Shown in pieces: positions 53,429-62,557 of a stretch of 64,000 nt of DNA. The DNA lies in contig JAHITY010000118.1 in NCBI GenBank assembly GCA_018817165.1, positions 6,526 through 70,525 of the forward strand, in the 5' to 3' direction. Position numbers and translations under genes: made by a program. Position 1 is the stretch's first letter, and every line of letters starts with the position of its first letter. The notes under the pieces were generated by a model. It saw only the letters and a program-made list of their open reading frames with translations. It was not told where the DNA came from and did no database searches. This stretch comes from Candidatus Omnitrophota bacterium (lineage in GTDB: Bacteria; Omnitrophota; Gorgyraeia; B26-G9).

Positions 53429-56221
53429 ATGAAGTTGCAAAAAAACAATCTTAAAAGAAAATTTTTTTATATAATAAATTTACTTATTATCCAGGTATTT
53501 TTATTATATAATTTGGCTTTTGCGGAAAGTTTAAAAGCTGAAAGCAATTTTCTTAGCCCTTCTTTGCAGATCGGTGTTCCTAATTTTCTCACTGTTTTTG
53601 ACAGGTATAATCAGAATAATACTGACAATATAGATAGTTATTCTCTGTTTGAGCAAAAGAAATTACAAGCAGGACTGATTAAAAAAATAATCTCTGAAAT
53701 TGAGAAAAGTGATAAATTTACATCTGCTGATTTAGAAATAGTAAAAAAATTCATAAAAATCGCAGAATCTAATTATGGAGAATCAACCTTTTCCTCTGAG
53801 CCGAATGAATACTATTTTAATCATGTGCTTGAGGTTACTGAAATTCTGCTCAGACCAGATCTAAAGTTGAATCCTTCTATGGATACTGTTTGTGCTGGGC
53901 TATTGCATCGGATGCCTGATACCCGTATTTGGCAGTCATTAATGGCAGCCGGAATAGAAGATGTTTTAATTGATGAGATAGTGAGTCTTAAAAATAAATT
54001 TTTAAATCTTACAGATTTTTCTTATACAAAGATGAATTTAAAAAAAGATAGACATACTCTTAATAATTTTATGAATAATATTATACAGCAATCTGAAGAT
54101 GATTTGGGTCAAGCTGCTCCCAATATTATAAAGCTTGTCTTGGCGGATAAGCTTGCCTCAATAAGATTTGCGTCAGAAGTAGACAGGGATACCCTTGTAA
54201 AAGATATAGCTGATGTTTATGCTCCTTTGGCACATCGGATTGGGGCACAAAAATTAAAGGATAAACTTTATAATGAATCATTTCGCTTGGCGCGCCCTGC
54301 AGAATATAAACAAACTTTAAAACTGGTTGAGGCTTTTCTCGGCAAAGATTATTTTGAATTAGATGCTGATTTGCAGGTGCTGGAAGAAAAATTAAAGAGA
54401 TTTATTAAGGATAACTTTAGAGTTGATTTTACAATCGATGTTATGGTAAGGGTTAAGGGCTTGTATGAAATTTATGAAAAATTCCGCGATAGAGAAAGTT
54501 TAAATGATGTTTTGGGTATAAGAATAATATGTGATTGTTCTGCAGCAGAGCTATATCAATTTTCAGATGTAGTCCAGCAGATTGTAGGTACTTGGGATCC
54601 TAAATTGTATGACCAGAAATTTGAGAATGGACTGCAGAGCGGGATGATATTTGTAGATGTAGGCTCTGTTGATAGCTATGATGGTAATCCTTATGAAGTA
54701 CAAATATTAAACAGACAAAGTCATGAAAAAAGAGAAAGAGAATTCCCGCATTGGTCTTATAAATTAGCACAGCGGACAGGTCAAGTATTTGATACGGAAG
54801 AATATGTTCCGATTGGTGATTTTGATGATGATTTTAAGCGTGTATTTGATGGATTAAAAGATAGCGTATTTCCGATTGCTTTGGGTGCGAATGGGGAGCT
54901 TGAAATAAAGCGTTTGGCTGCTGGGTCTGTGCCTGCTGATTTGGCTGCCGCACGCTTGGTAAACCGTTTAAATGAGGATTATAAAGGGGCTAAGGTTAGT
55001 CAATGGAAAAATGGATTGTTACTTAATACACAAGATGTAGCCATGGATTATCAAATAAAGTCTAAGGATATAGTCGAAATTGTAAGCGCTCAAGGGTACT
55101 TAAAAAATGATATTAATAAAAGAACAAATTTAAGGAAAAGCGTTAAAGGATTCAGAACTCAGTTATTGCTTGCTTTAATGGATTTAGGCGTAAGTCCTGA
55201 TTCTTCAAAGATAACATCTGGAGAAATAAGGCTTAAAGAACAATTTGATTTAAGGGGCATAAAGATTACCAGTAAGGTTGTTGAGGAATTTCTAACTCCA
55301 TTTGCTATAAGTCTGGGTTTAGCAGATGTAAAAGAGCTTTATCTGGCACTGACATATTATAATCAACAAGTGAGTGTTGGCGAAGTCATTGAAGCGGCCA
55401 AAGAATCAGGGATTAAAATCATCAAAGATAATTTTTCTGCAGATGACTTTATGTTAGGACAGATTGCTAAGAAAGGGTCACTGGAAGAATTTTTTGTTAG
55501 GGTTGGAGCAGGAGAGATAACGATAAAAGATATCAAGGCAAAAATAAAAGATTTAAAGAATGGCATTAAAACTGATATTAAAAATGTCCGTTTTGATAAA
55601 GAATATAAATTTAAGCTGACTATTCCCAGGCACACAAAGAGAAGCTCTAAGGAACGGCTTAATCAACAAATGATTACAACAAGAGTAAAAAATATTAATG
55701 AGATCATAAAATCTCTTGGTTTGGAAGTTGTTGGTGGAGAAGTGAAAAGTCCGGTATCAAAAGGCAATGGTTCGATTAAAATCCAGTTTTCTGTGCTGCA
55801 TGATGATATCTTTCAAATAAATGAATTAGTCAAAAAATTTAAAAATTCTCAAAAGGTGAAGATTGATACCATTGGATTTAATGAAACTGTAGGAAGGAAG
55901 TTTGTAGTTGAGTTCTTTAATCAAGGCCAGAAACTTACGAGTTTGATTGAATATCTTGAAAATATAATATCTCAGGAAAGCAACAGCACTCAGACTATAG
56001 AGCTTGATGTTAAGAAACAGCCGCTTGATCAAGTTAAGGATGGGATTATTGAAATAACAACCACACTTCCTTCGGGACTTGATAAAAAAGCGATTACTAC
56101 GATTCTAGAAAGGATAGAAAAAGATAGAATAGCACATCAGGCAACTAGAAATGGACTTGGTCCTCAAGCCCAAAAAAAACATATCCCTGAGCTTATGAGA
56201 ATGCTCCAATTTTCAATATAA
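53429..56221 (+). CDS. Long RelA/SpoT homolog. It has a degenerate (HD to HR) hydrolase domain, a (p)ppGpp synthetase domain, a TGS domain, and an unusual N-terminal signal-anchor plus a ~120-aa leader.
   Basis: LLHRMPDT replaces HD. LVLADKLASIRF and VYAPLAHRIGAQKLKDKLYNESFRL match the hydrolase-domain helices. The synthetase motifs RVKGLYEIYEKF, DVLGIRII and EVQILNRQSHEKREREFPHWSYK are present. A TGS-like segment runs FPIALGANGELEIKRLAAGSVPADLAAARL...GAKV. Confidence 0.8.
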   Translation: MKLQKNNLKRKFFYIINLLIIQVFLLYNLAFAESLKAESNFLSPSLQIGVPNFLTVFDRYNQNNTDNIDSYSLFEQKKLQAGLIKKIISEIEKSDKFTSADLEIVKKFIKIAESNYGESTFSSEPNEYYFNHVLEVTEILLRPDLKLNPSMDTVCAGLLHRMPDTRIWQSLMAAGIEDVLIDEIVSLKNKFLNLTDFSYTKMNLKKDRHTLNNFMNNIIQQSEDDLGQAAPNIIKLVLADKLASIRFASEVDRDTLVKDIADVYAPLAHRIGAQKLKDKLYNESFRLARPAEYKQTLKLVEAFLGKDYFELDADLQVLEEKLKRFIKDNFRVDFTIDVMVRVKGLYEIYEKFRDRESLNDVLGIRIICDCSAAELYQFSDVVQQIVGTWDPKLYDQKFENGLQSGMIFVDVGSVDSYDGNPYEVQILNRQSHEKREREFPHWSYKLAQRTGQVFDTEEYVPIGDFDDDFKRVFDGLKDSVFPIALGANGELEIKRLAAGSVPADLAAARLVNRLNEDYKGAKVSQWKNGLLLNTQDVAMDYQIKSKDIVEIVSAQGYLKNDINKRTNLRKSVKGFRTQLLLALMDLGVSPDSSKITSGEIRLKEQFDLRGIKITSKVVEEFLTPFAISLGLADVKELYLALTYYNQQVSVGEVIEAAKESGIKIIKDNFSADDFMLGQIAKKGSLEEFFVRVGAGEITIKDIKAKIKDLKNGIKTDIKNVRFDKEYKFKLTIPRHTKRSSKERLNQQMITTRVKNINEIIKSLGLEVVGGEVKSPVSKGNGSIKIQFSVLHDDIFQINELVKKFKNSQKVKIDTIGFNETVGRKFVVEFFNQGQKLTSLIEYLENIISQESNSTQTIELDVKKQPLDQVKDGIIEITTTLPSGLDKKAITTILERIEKDRIAHQATRNGLGPQAQKKHIPELMRMLQFSI

Positions 56222-56263
56222 TTTTTATTTTTTCTTTTCTTTTTTTATGCTATAATATGAAAC

Positions 56264-56668
56264 ATGGAAAATATAAAAACCTCTTGGCCGCAAGAAAAGG
56301 CGCTTAAACATCATAAAATTGCCTCTATCCTTATAATCATTAGCGCTATTTCTGGATTATACTTATGTCTTGATGATATTATAATTTTGGGTAATAATTT
56401 AAGCGCTTTTGTTTTTCCTTATTTATTTAATTATTTTGGCTTGTTCCTGTCATTATTTCAACTATATACGGCAATTTGTTTTCTGAACAAACAAGCCTGG
56501 GCTAGCAAAGCTATTTTATGGATTTTTTTAATCAGACTGCTTATGGGATATTATGATTTAATCGAGGTTGTCCCGGTTGTTCTTGTTCTGCCGTATTTAC
56601 TATTTATTCTTTCGGGAAAAAGATTAAATAGTTTGTTTGAAAAAAGTGCTAGTGACGTAAGTGCTTAA
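56264..56668 (+). CDS. Small polytopic membrane protein (3-4 TM helices), hypothetical
   Basis: 134 aa, hydrophobic helices, directly downstream of the RelA/SpoT-homolog gene. Confidence 0.4.
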   Translation: MENIKTSWPQEKALKHHKIASILIIISAISGLYLCLDDIIILGNNLSAFVFPYLFNYFGLFLSLFQLYTAICFLNKQAWASKAILWIFLIRLLMGYYDLIEVVPVVLVLPYLLFILSGKRLNSLFEKSASDVSA

Positions 56669-56763
56669 AATTATTGGGGTTTTAAATATTTAGCTGCTTT
56701 TCCGGAATATCGCTGAGTTTAGGCTTAGCTTGACATTCAAATTAGTTTGGGGTACAATTTTAA

Positions 56764-57318
56764 ATGAATAAAATGGTTATAAGGGAACGGATTCTAAAGA
56801 AATTAAAAGCGCAAAGAGAGGAGCTAAAACACAAGAAAAGCTTAGCAATAAAAAAACAACTATTTTCACAAAATCTGTTTTTACAGGCAGATACAATAAT
56901 GTTTTATATAGCGAATGATGATGAAGTTGATACAAAAGATATGATTAAAGATGTGCTTAAAATGAGAAAAAAGGTGGTTGTTCCAGTGACATTGGTAAAA
57001 GAAAATAAGATAATTCCTTCTCAGTTAAAAGATTTCGATAAAGAACTGATTAAGGGGCCTTATGGGATCTATCAACCAAAAAAACAATTCATACGCAAGG
57101 TTTTATTAAAAACCATTGATTTGATTATTGTTCCAGGAGTTGCTTTTGACCGTTTAGGGAATAGACTAGGACGGGGCGGGGGCTATTATGATAGATTTTT
57201 GGCAAAATTACAAAAATATGATGTACCAATGTTAGGGTTGGCATTTAAATGCCAGATATTGAATAAACTTCCTGTCTTACCTCATGACATTCCTGTCACA
57301 AAGCTCATTTTTGCCTAA
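56764..57318 (+). CDS. 5-formyltetrahydrofolate cyclo-ligase family protein
   Basis: IVPGVAFDRLGNRLGRGGGYYDRFL and the terminal PHDIPV motif. Confidence 0.7.
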   Translation: MNKMVIRERILKKLKAQREELKHKKSLAIKKQLFSQNLFLQADTIMFYIANDDEVDTKDMIKDVLKMRKKVVVPVTLVKENKIIPSQLKDFDKELIKGPYGIYQPKKQFIRKVLLKTIDLIIVPGVAFDRLGNRLGRGGGYYDRFLAKLQKYDVPMLGLAFKCQILNKLPVLPHDIPVTKLIFA

Positions 57319-57418
57319 TCTTAAACTGATCTCAAATCGCTAAGTGTTTATTTTAATGCAAACTTAATCGTTGTTATAACACTGAGATAGTACATCTTAA
57401 GGAGGTGAAGATCAAACT

Positions 57419-58978
57419 ATGAGTACTTTAAATATTATAATTGGGGTATCTAGTGGGATTGTCTTCTTTTTGGCTGGGTATCTTTTTCGCCGGTTTGGAG
57501 CGGAGAAAAAAGTACAAAGTGCGGAAAACAAGGCAAAACTTATTTTAGAAGAGGCGGATAAACAGGTAGAAGCAAAAAAGAAAGAAGCAAGTTTGGAAGC
57601 AAAAGACTTGCTGTATAAGACCAGAATAGAATTTGAAAAAGAATCAAAAAATAGACGCCAAGAATTACTGACTATTGAAAGACGGCTAATCAGTCGTGAA
57701 GAAAATCTGGATAGAAAAGTCGATCTTCTTGAGAAAAAAGAGCAGGATTTAAGTACGAAATATAAAAATCTGGAAACAAAAGAACAAGAAAACAAAGAGA
57801 AAGAAGATGAACTGAAAAGTCTTGTTTTAGAAGAAAAAGACCGTCTTCAGAAAGTTTCCGGATTAACCAGTGATGAGGCAAAAAAAATCTTGCTCAAGCA
57901 CATGGAAGGTGAAGTCAGATATGATGCGAATCTGATGATTAAAAGAATCGAAGATGAATCAAAAGACATTGCTGCTAAGAAAGCAAAGCAGATCATTAGT
58001 TTAGCTATTCAGCGTTGTGCTGCTGAGCATACAGTCGAATCAACCGTCAGTGTGGTTAGTTTGCCTAGTGATGATATGAAGGGCAGAATTATCGGTAGAG
58101 AGGGCCGTAATATCAGATCTTTAGAAGTGGCTACGGGAGTGGATGTGATTATTGATGATACTCCTGAGGCTGTTACCTTATCAGGATTTGATCCGATTCG
58201 CAGGGAAATAGCGCGCTTATCTCTTGAGCGCCTGATTGCCAACGGCAGAATCCATCCGGCTAGAATAGAAGAAGTCGTGGAAAAAGTAAAAAAAGAAATG
58301 GATGTTACTATCAAGGAAGAAGGTGAAAAAGCTTCTTTTGATGTAGGGGTTCAAAGAATTCATCCGGAAATAGTAAGACTCCTTGGTCGTTTGAAATACC
58401 GAACAAGTTATGGGCAAAATGTATTACAACATGCTAAAGAAGTGGCTTATATTATGGGGCTACTTGCAGGACAGCTTGACCTTGATGTTACGCTGGCTAA
58501 GAGAATAGGATTATTGCATGATATTGGTAAAGCTGTGGACCATGATCAGGAAGGAACGCATGCTGGTTTAGGAGCAGATCTAGCTAGAAAATATGGAGAA
58601 AATCAGGAAGTAGTAAACGCGATCGCGGCGCATCATGATGATAGTGAGTCTAATTCTGTTTATGGAATTTTGGTTCAAGCTGCAGATGCAATCAGTGCGA
58701 CAAGGCCAGGAGCTCGCCGGGAAACATTGGAAATTTATATTAAACGCTTAGAGAAGTTAGAAGCTATTGCGGATTCTTTTAAAGGTGTTGACCGGGCATT
58801 TGCAATTCAGGCTGGTAGGGAAATCAGAGTTATTGTTCATCCCGATAAGGTTGGAGATGCTGAATCAGCAATAATGGCACGTGAGATTACTAAAAGAATT
58901 GAAAATGAATTAGAGTATCCAGGACAGGTAAAAGTAACTGTTATCCGGGAAAAACGAGTTGTTGAATACGCAAAATAA
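57419..58978 (+). CDS. rny: Ribonuclease Y
   Basis: N-terminal TM helix, coiled coil, KH domain and HD domain (LLHDIGKAVDHD), 519 aa. Confidence 0.85.
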   Translation: MSTLNIIIGVSSGIVFFLAGYLFRRFGAEKKVQSAENKAKLILEEADKQVEAKKKEASLEAKDLLYKTRIEFEKESKNRRQELLTIERRLISREENLDRKVDLLEKKEQDLSTKYKNLETKEQENKEKEDELKSLVLEEKDRLQKVSGLTSDEAKKILLKHMEGEVRYDANLMIKRIEDESKDIAAKKAKQIISLAIQRCAAEHTVESTVSVVSLPSDDMKGRIIGREGRNIRSLEVATGVDVIIDDTPEAVTLSGFDPIRREIARLSLERLIANGRIHPARIEEVVEKVKKEMDVTIKEEGEKASFDVGVQRIHPEIVRLLGRLKYRTSYGQNVLQHAKEVAYIMGLLAGQLDLDVTLAKRIGLLHDIGKAVDHDQEGTHAGLGADLARKYGENQEVVNAIAAHHDDSESNSVYGILVQAADAISATRPGARRETLEIYIKRLEKLEAIADSFKGVDRAFAIQAGREIRVIVHPDKVGDAESAIMAREITKRIENELEYPGQVKVTVIREKRVVEYAK

Positions 58979-58989
58979 ATACTCATTTA

Positions 58990-59112
58990 ACGGTTAGGGT
59001 GACGAAACCCGTATCGTATGACGTTGGCGGTTACGGAAGTTAATAAAAAATAACAGTTTTTAAACACGGAAAACGTAACCAAAAACCGAAACGGGCATCG
59101 TAACCGTTCAAC
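58990..59112 (+). repeat. Family B structured repeat, copy 4, between rny and ymdB
   Basis: gacgaaacccgtatcg ... ccgaaacgggcatcgtaacc cores. The inner stem is re-formed with ggttacg/cgtaacc. Confidence 0.7.
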
Positions 59113-59124
59113 GTGGGACGAATT

Positions 59125-59928
59125 ATGAAGATCTTAATGATCGGTGATATTGTGGGAGACCCTGGCAGACAGGTTGTGCGCCAGAGTATTCCTATTTTAA
59201 AACAGCGAGAAGGCATTGATTTTGTGATTGCTAATGGCGAGAATTCTGCCGGTGGTTCTGGGATAACTACCCGGATCTACACGGAGCTGGTTAAAGCGGG
59301 TGTAGATGTTTTAACTTCCGGCGATCATATTTTTAAAAAAAAAGAGATTATGGAGTTTATTGATTTCCAAGATCGCTTATTAAGACCAGCAAATTATCCG
59401 CCGGGGGTTGCCGGTAAAGGATTTACGATTATTAAAGCGAATAATGGTATTAAGGTGGGAGTGGTTAATTTAAACGGCAGGGTTTTTATGGAAGCTTTGG
59501 ACTGTCCATTTCGCTGCGCGTCTGAGATTATTCAGGAAATAAAAAAACAAACTAATATTATCTTTGTAGATATACATGCCGAAGCTACCAGTGAAAAAGT
59601 GGCTATGGGTTGGCATTTAAACGGAAAGGTAAGTGCTGTTTTGGGTACGCATACGCATATCCAAACCGCTGATCAGCGCATTTTGCCGGAGTTTGAGCAT
59701 ACTGCTTATATAACTGATGTGGGGATGACTGGCTCCGTTGATTCGGTAATCGGGAGAAAAGTTGATCAGGTTTTACATCGTTTTTTAACTCACACGCCTA
59801 CTCGGTTTGAGGTCGAAGATAAAAATGTACAGCTCCAAGGAGTAATTGTTGAGCTTGATTCAGATACGGGCAAAGCATTATCAATAAAACGTGTTTGTGA
59901 AAAGCTTATGGTTGAAGATTTAAATTAA
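59125..59928 (+). CDS. ymdB: YmdB-like calcineurin-type metallophosphoesterase (2',3'-cyclic-nucleotide phosphodiesterase family)
   Basis: Near full-length collinearity with YmdB (ILMIGDIVG.PGR, ANGENSAGG, VDIHAEATSEK, GTHTHIQTAD, ITDVGMTG). The conserved rny-ymdB pairing supports it. Confidence 0.85.
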   Translation: MKILMIGDIVGDPGRQVVRQSIPILKQREGIDFVIANGENSAGGSGITTRIYTELVKAGVDVLTSGDHIFKKKEIMEFIDFQDRLLRPANYPPGVAGKGFTIIKANNGIKVGVVNLNGRVFMEALDCPFRCASEIIQEIKKQTNIIFVDIHAEATSEKVAMGWHLNGKVSAVLGTHTHIQTADQRILPEFEHTAYITDVGMTGSVDSVIGRKVDQVLHRFLTHTPTRFEVEDKNVQLQGVIVELDSDTGKALSIKRVCEKLMVEDLN

Positions 59929-59952
59929 ATAAGATGGCTTATAAAAATGTAT

Positions 59953-60006
59953 AATGTAAAATTAGCAATTTAAGCTTTAGATAATTGCTAATTTTACATT
60001 TTTTCA
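59953..60006 (+). terminator. Rho-independent terminator after ymdB. It has perfect 18-bp inverted arms (aatgtaaaattagcaatt / aattgctaattttacatt) and a T-run.
   Basis: Arms at 59953-59970 and 59983-60000 with a 12-nt loop, followed by TTTTTTC. Confidence 0.65.
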
Positions 60007-60020
60007 CAAAAAGGTAATTC

Positions 60021-60857
60021 ATGTCACATAGAATAATAAATAATGAGTTTTTGAATCAGCAGGTGTTTAGGCTTACAGTAGAAGCTGCGGATATTGCTGC
60101 CAAAATTAAGCCAGGTCAGTTTATTATTCTTAGGCTTGATGAAAAGGCAGAGAGGATTCCTTTGACAGTATCGCAAGCTAATCCGCAACAAGGTTATATT
60201 CAGCTTATTATTCAAAAAATAGGAACAAGTACTATCCGGTTGTCTGAACTTAAACCAGGCGATATTATTCAAGATATGATTGGTCCATTAGGACAACCCA
60301 CGGAGATTAAAAATTACGGTAAGGTTATTTGTATTGCCGGGGGAGTGGGAATTGCCGAGATATATCCGTTAGCTGCTGCTTTGAAAAATGCCGGAAATAC
60401 TTTGTCTTCGATTATCGGAGCACGGAATAAAGATTTGCTTATGCTAGAGCAGGAAATCAAACAACTTAGTTCTTGTTTTTATTCCGTGACTGATGATGGT
60501 TCAGCTGGCGCCAAAGGTAATGTGGGAGATATTTTAAAAAAACTGTTAACTGAACAGTCTTATGATATTGTTTTTGCTGTTGGCCCGGTAGCGATGATGA
60601 AAGCCATTGCCGAGCTTACAAAAAAGTATAAATTAAAGACGATTGTTAGTCTTAATTCAATTATGGTTGACGGTACCGGAATGTGCGGCTCTTGTCGGGT
60701 GAGTATAGCTGGAAAAACTAAATTTGTTTGTGTTGATGGTCCTGATTTTGATGCGCACTTGGTTGATTTTGCAGAATTGGCAATGCGGCAAAAAAGATTT
60801 ACTAAGCAGGAAAAGCATTGTTTGCCGGAAAATAAGGAGCATAAAGCATGTCACTAA
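60021..60857 (+). CDS. nfnA: NfnA/SudB-like FAD/NAD(P)-binding oxidoreductase small subunit with a C-terminal 2Fe-2S motif
   Basis: Ferredoxin-reductase-type fold (RLTVEA..., IAGGVGIAEIYPL) and C-terminal MCGSCRV...C cysteines. Overlaps the next gene. Confidence 0.65.
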   Translation: MSHRIINNEFLNQQVFRLTVEAADIAAKIKPGQFIILRLDEKAERIPLTVSQANPQQGYIQLIIQKIGTSTIRLSELKPGDIIQDMIGPLGQPTEIKNYGKVICIAGGVGIAEIYPLAAALKNAGNTLSSIIGARNKDLLMLEQEIKQLSSCFYSVTDDGSAGAKGNVGDILKKLLTEQSYDIVFAVGPVAMMKAIAELTKKYKLKTIVSLNSIMVDGTGMCGSCRVSIAGKTKFVCVDGPDFDAHLVDFAELAMRQKRFTKQEKHCLPENKEHKACH

Positions 60858-62236
60858 ACATAGTCCGGCAACCCATGCCTTCACAGGATCCGGAGAGCCG
60901 GATTAAGAATTTTGATGAAGTTGCTCTGGGTTATACTTTAGAGCAGGCATTAGAGGAATCAAAAAGATGTCTTAATTGTAAAAATGCGGCTTGTATAAAG
61001 GGCTGTCCTGTGCAGATCAATATCCGGGATTTTGTTCAATCAATAAAAACAAAAGATTTTCTTAATGCTTACAAAATTCTTAAATCAGCTAATAATCTTC
61101 CGGGAATTTGCGGTAGAGTATGTCCGCAGGAAACTCAGTGTGAGCAGGCTTGTGTTTTGGCTAAACAGGGAAACCCTATCGCAATCGGGCGTTTGGAACG
61201 GTTTGTGGCTGATTGGGCTATAGAAAATAATATTACTGATTTAAAATTAGATCTTAAAAAAAATATTTCCCCGAAAGTGGCAATTATTGGTTCAGGACCG
61301 GCTGGGCTTACTTGTGCCGCAGATTTGGCTAAAGCAGGATTTAAGGTGACAATTTTTGAAGGATTGCATGCTGCGGGAGGAGTATTACGTTATGGGATTC
61401 CGGAGTTCAGGATGCCTAAGAAAATTTTAGACCATGAAATTAATTTAATAAAAAGTTTGGGAGTAGAAATAAGCATTAACGTAGTGGTGGGTAAAACTAA
61501 AACTATTGATGATTTGCGTAAACAAGGATTCAAGGCGTTTTTTATTTCTACTGGCGCGGGATTACCTTATTTTCTGGAAATTCCCGGGGAAAATCTTAAT
61601 GGCGTATATTCGGCAAATGAATTCCTCACTCGGATTAATTTGATGAAAGCTTATAAGTTCCCGGAATACGAAACTCCGATATCAATAGGCGAAAAAGTTT
61701 GTGTGATTGGGGCCGGGAATGTAGCAATCGATTGTGCCAGAGCAGCGCTGCGTTTAGGCGCAAAAAAAGTTATTGTAGTATATCGGAGAAGTCAAACGGA
61801 GATGCCGGCAAGGGATGAGGAAATTATAAATGCTAAAGAAGAGGGTATAGAATTCGAATTGCTTACATCGCCGCTTAAAATTATCGGGGATGCTCAAGGC
61901 AATGTTATTGCTATGGAATGTCAAAAAAACCAATTAGCGGAGGTTGATGCTTCAGGGCGAAAAAGTCCTGTGCCGGTTCTGGGTTCAGAATTTACAATTA
62001 AAACTCAGACAGTTATCTGCGCTATTGGTCAAGGGCCAAATCCTTTATTAATCAGCAATTTACCCGAACTTAATTTGAATTCTCGAGGGAATATTATTGT
62101 TGATGAAAATATGCAGACAAACCTTATGGGAGTTTTTGCCGGCGGAGATATTGTTACTGGCGCGGCAACAGTGATCTTGGCAATGGGCGCTGGGAAAAAA
62201 GCAGCATTAGCTATTGGCCAATATCTAAAAAAATAA
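60848..62236 (+). CDS. nfnB: NfnB/GltD-like NADPH-dependent oxidoreductase (glutamate synthase small-chain family)
   Basis: Two N-terminal Fe-S cysteine clusters (CLNCKNAACIKGCP, CGRVCPQETQCEQAC) and GSGPAGL FAD/NAD Rossmann motifs. Confidence 0.75.
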   Translation: MSLNIVRQPMPSQDPESRIKNFDEVALGYTLEQALEESKRCLNCKNAACIKGCPVQINIRDFVQSIKTKDFLNAYKILKSANNLPGICGRVCPQETQCEQACVLAKQGNPIAIGRLERFVADWAIENNITDLKLDLKKNISPKVAIIGSGPAGLTCAADLAKAGFKVTIFEGLHAAGGVLRYGIPEFRMPKKILDHEINLIKSLGVEISINVVVGKTKTIDDLRKQGFKAFFISTGAGLPYFLEIPGENLNGVYSANEFLTRINLMKAYKFPEYETPISIGEKVCVIGAGNVAIDCARAALRLGAKKVIVVYRRSQTEMPARDEEIINAKEEGIEFELLTSPLKIIGDAQGNVIAMECQKNQLAEVDASGRKSPVPVLGSEFTIKTQTVICAIGQGPNPLLISNLPELNLNSRGNIIVDENMQTNLMGVFAGGDIVTGAATVILAMGAGKKAALAIGQYLKK

Positions 62237-62557
62237 ATTGTTTATATTTATTTTCCTATTATTTAGTTACCAAATATTAGATAATAATACTTTGTTGACA
62301 ATAAGCCTAATTTTTGATAAATCTTATATATTGTGTTAAAATAAAGATTACAATAATATTAGAAATTTAGAGTAGCTTCTTGATGAATCCTCAATAATTA
62401 TTATTGCCATAGATAAAGTAGACATGGAACTAGAAAACATTTTTATTAGTTTTTGTTTTTTAGTATGACTTTTTTTTTTAAACCACAGACATCTGCCATT
62501 TAAAACTAAGAGTTTAATTTTTTGAAAGATATCTTACAAAAACAAAAGAGGTGAACA

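Noticed and set aside
53429-53800. Treating the Rel-homolog N-terminal hydrophobic segment as proof of secretion
   Set aside because: A signal-anchor, a mis-called start or a simple membrane tether cannot be told apart from sequence alone. It is reported as a finding for testing, not as an established feature.
6472-59112. Possibility that the dispersed repeats are a CRISPR array
   Set aside because: Copies are >100 nt, irregularly spaced kilobases apart, internally structured and variable. There are no short unique spacers or cas genes in the window.
26588-60906. Remaining short overlapping ORFs (26588..26827, 28176..28361, 29074..29966, 32261..32517, 35048..36514, 38003..39047, 40758..40988, 42277..42525, 42953..43347, 44195..45340, 45729..46004, 48454..48744, 50670..50876, 55363..56032, 57412..58417, 60024..60272, 60657..60906)
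   Set aside because: They are antisense or off-frame within conserved genes (ATPases, polA, rho, prfA, rny, nfnA and others), so they are spurious.
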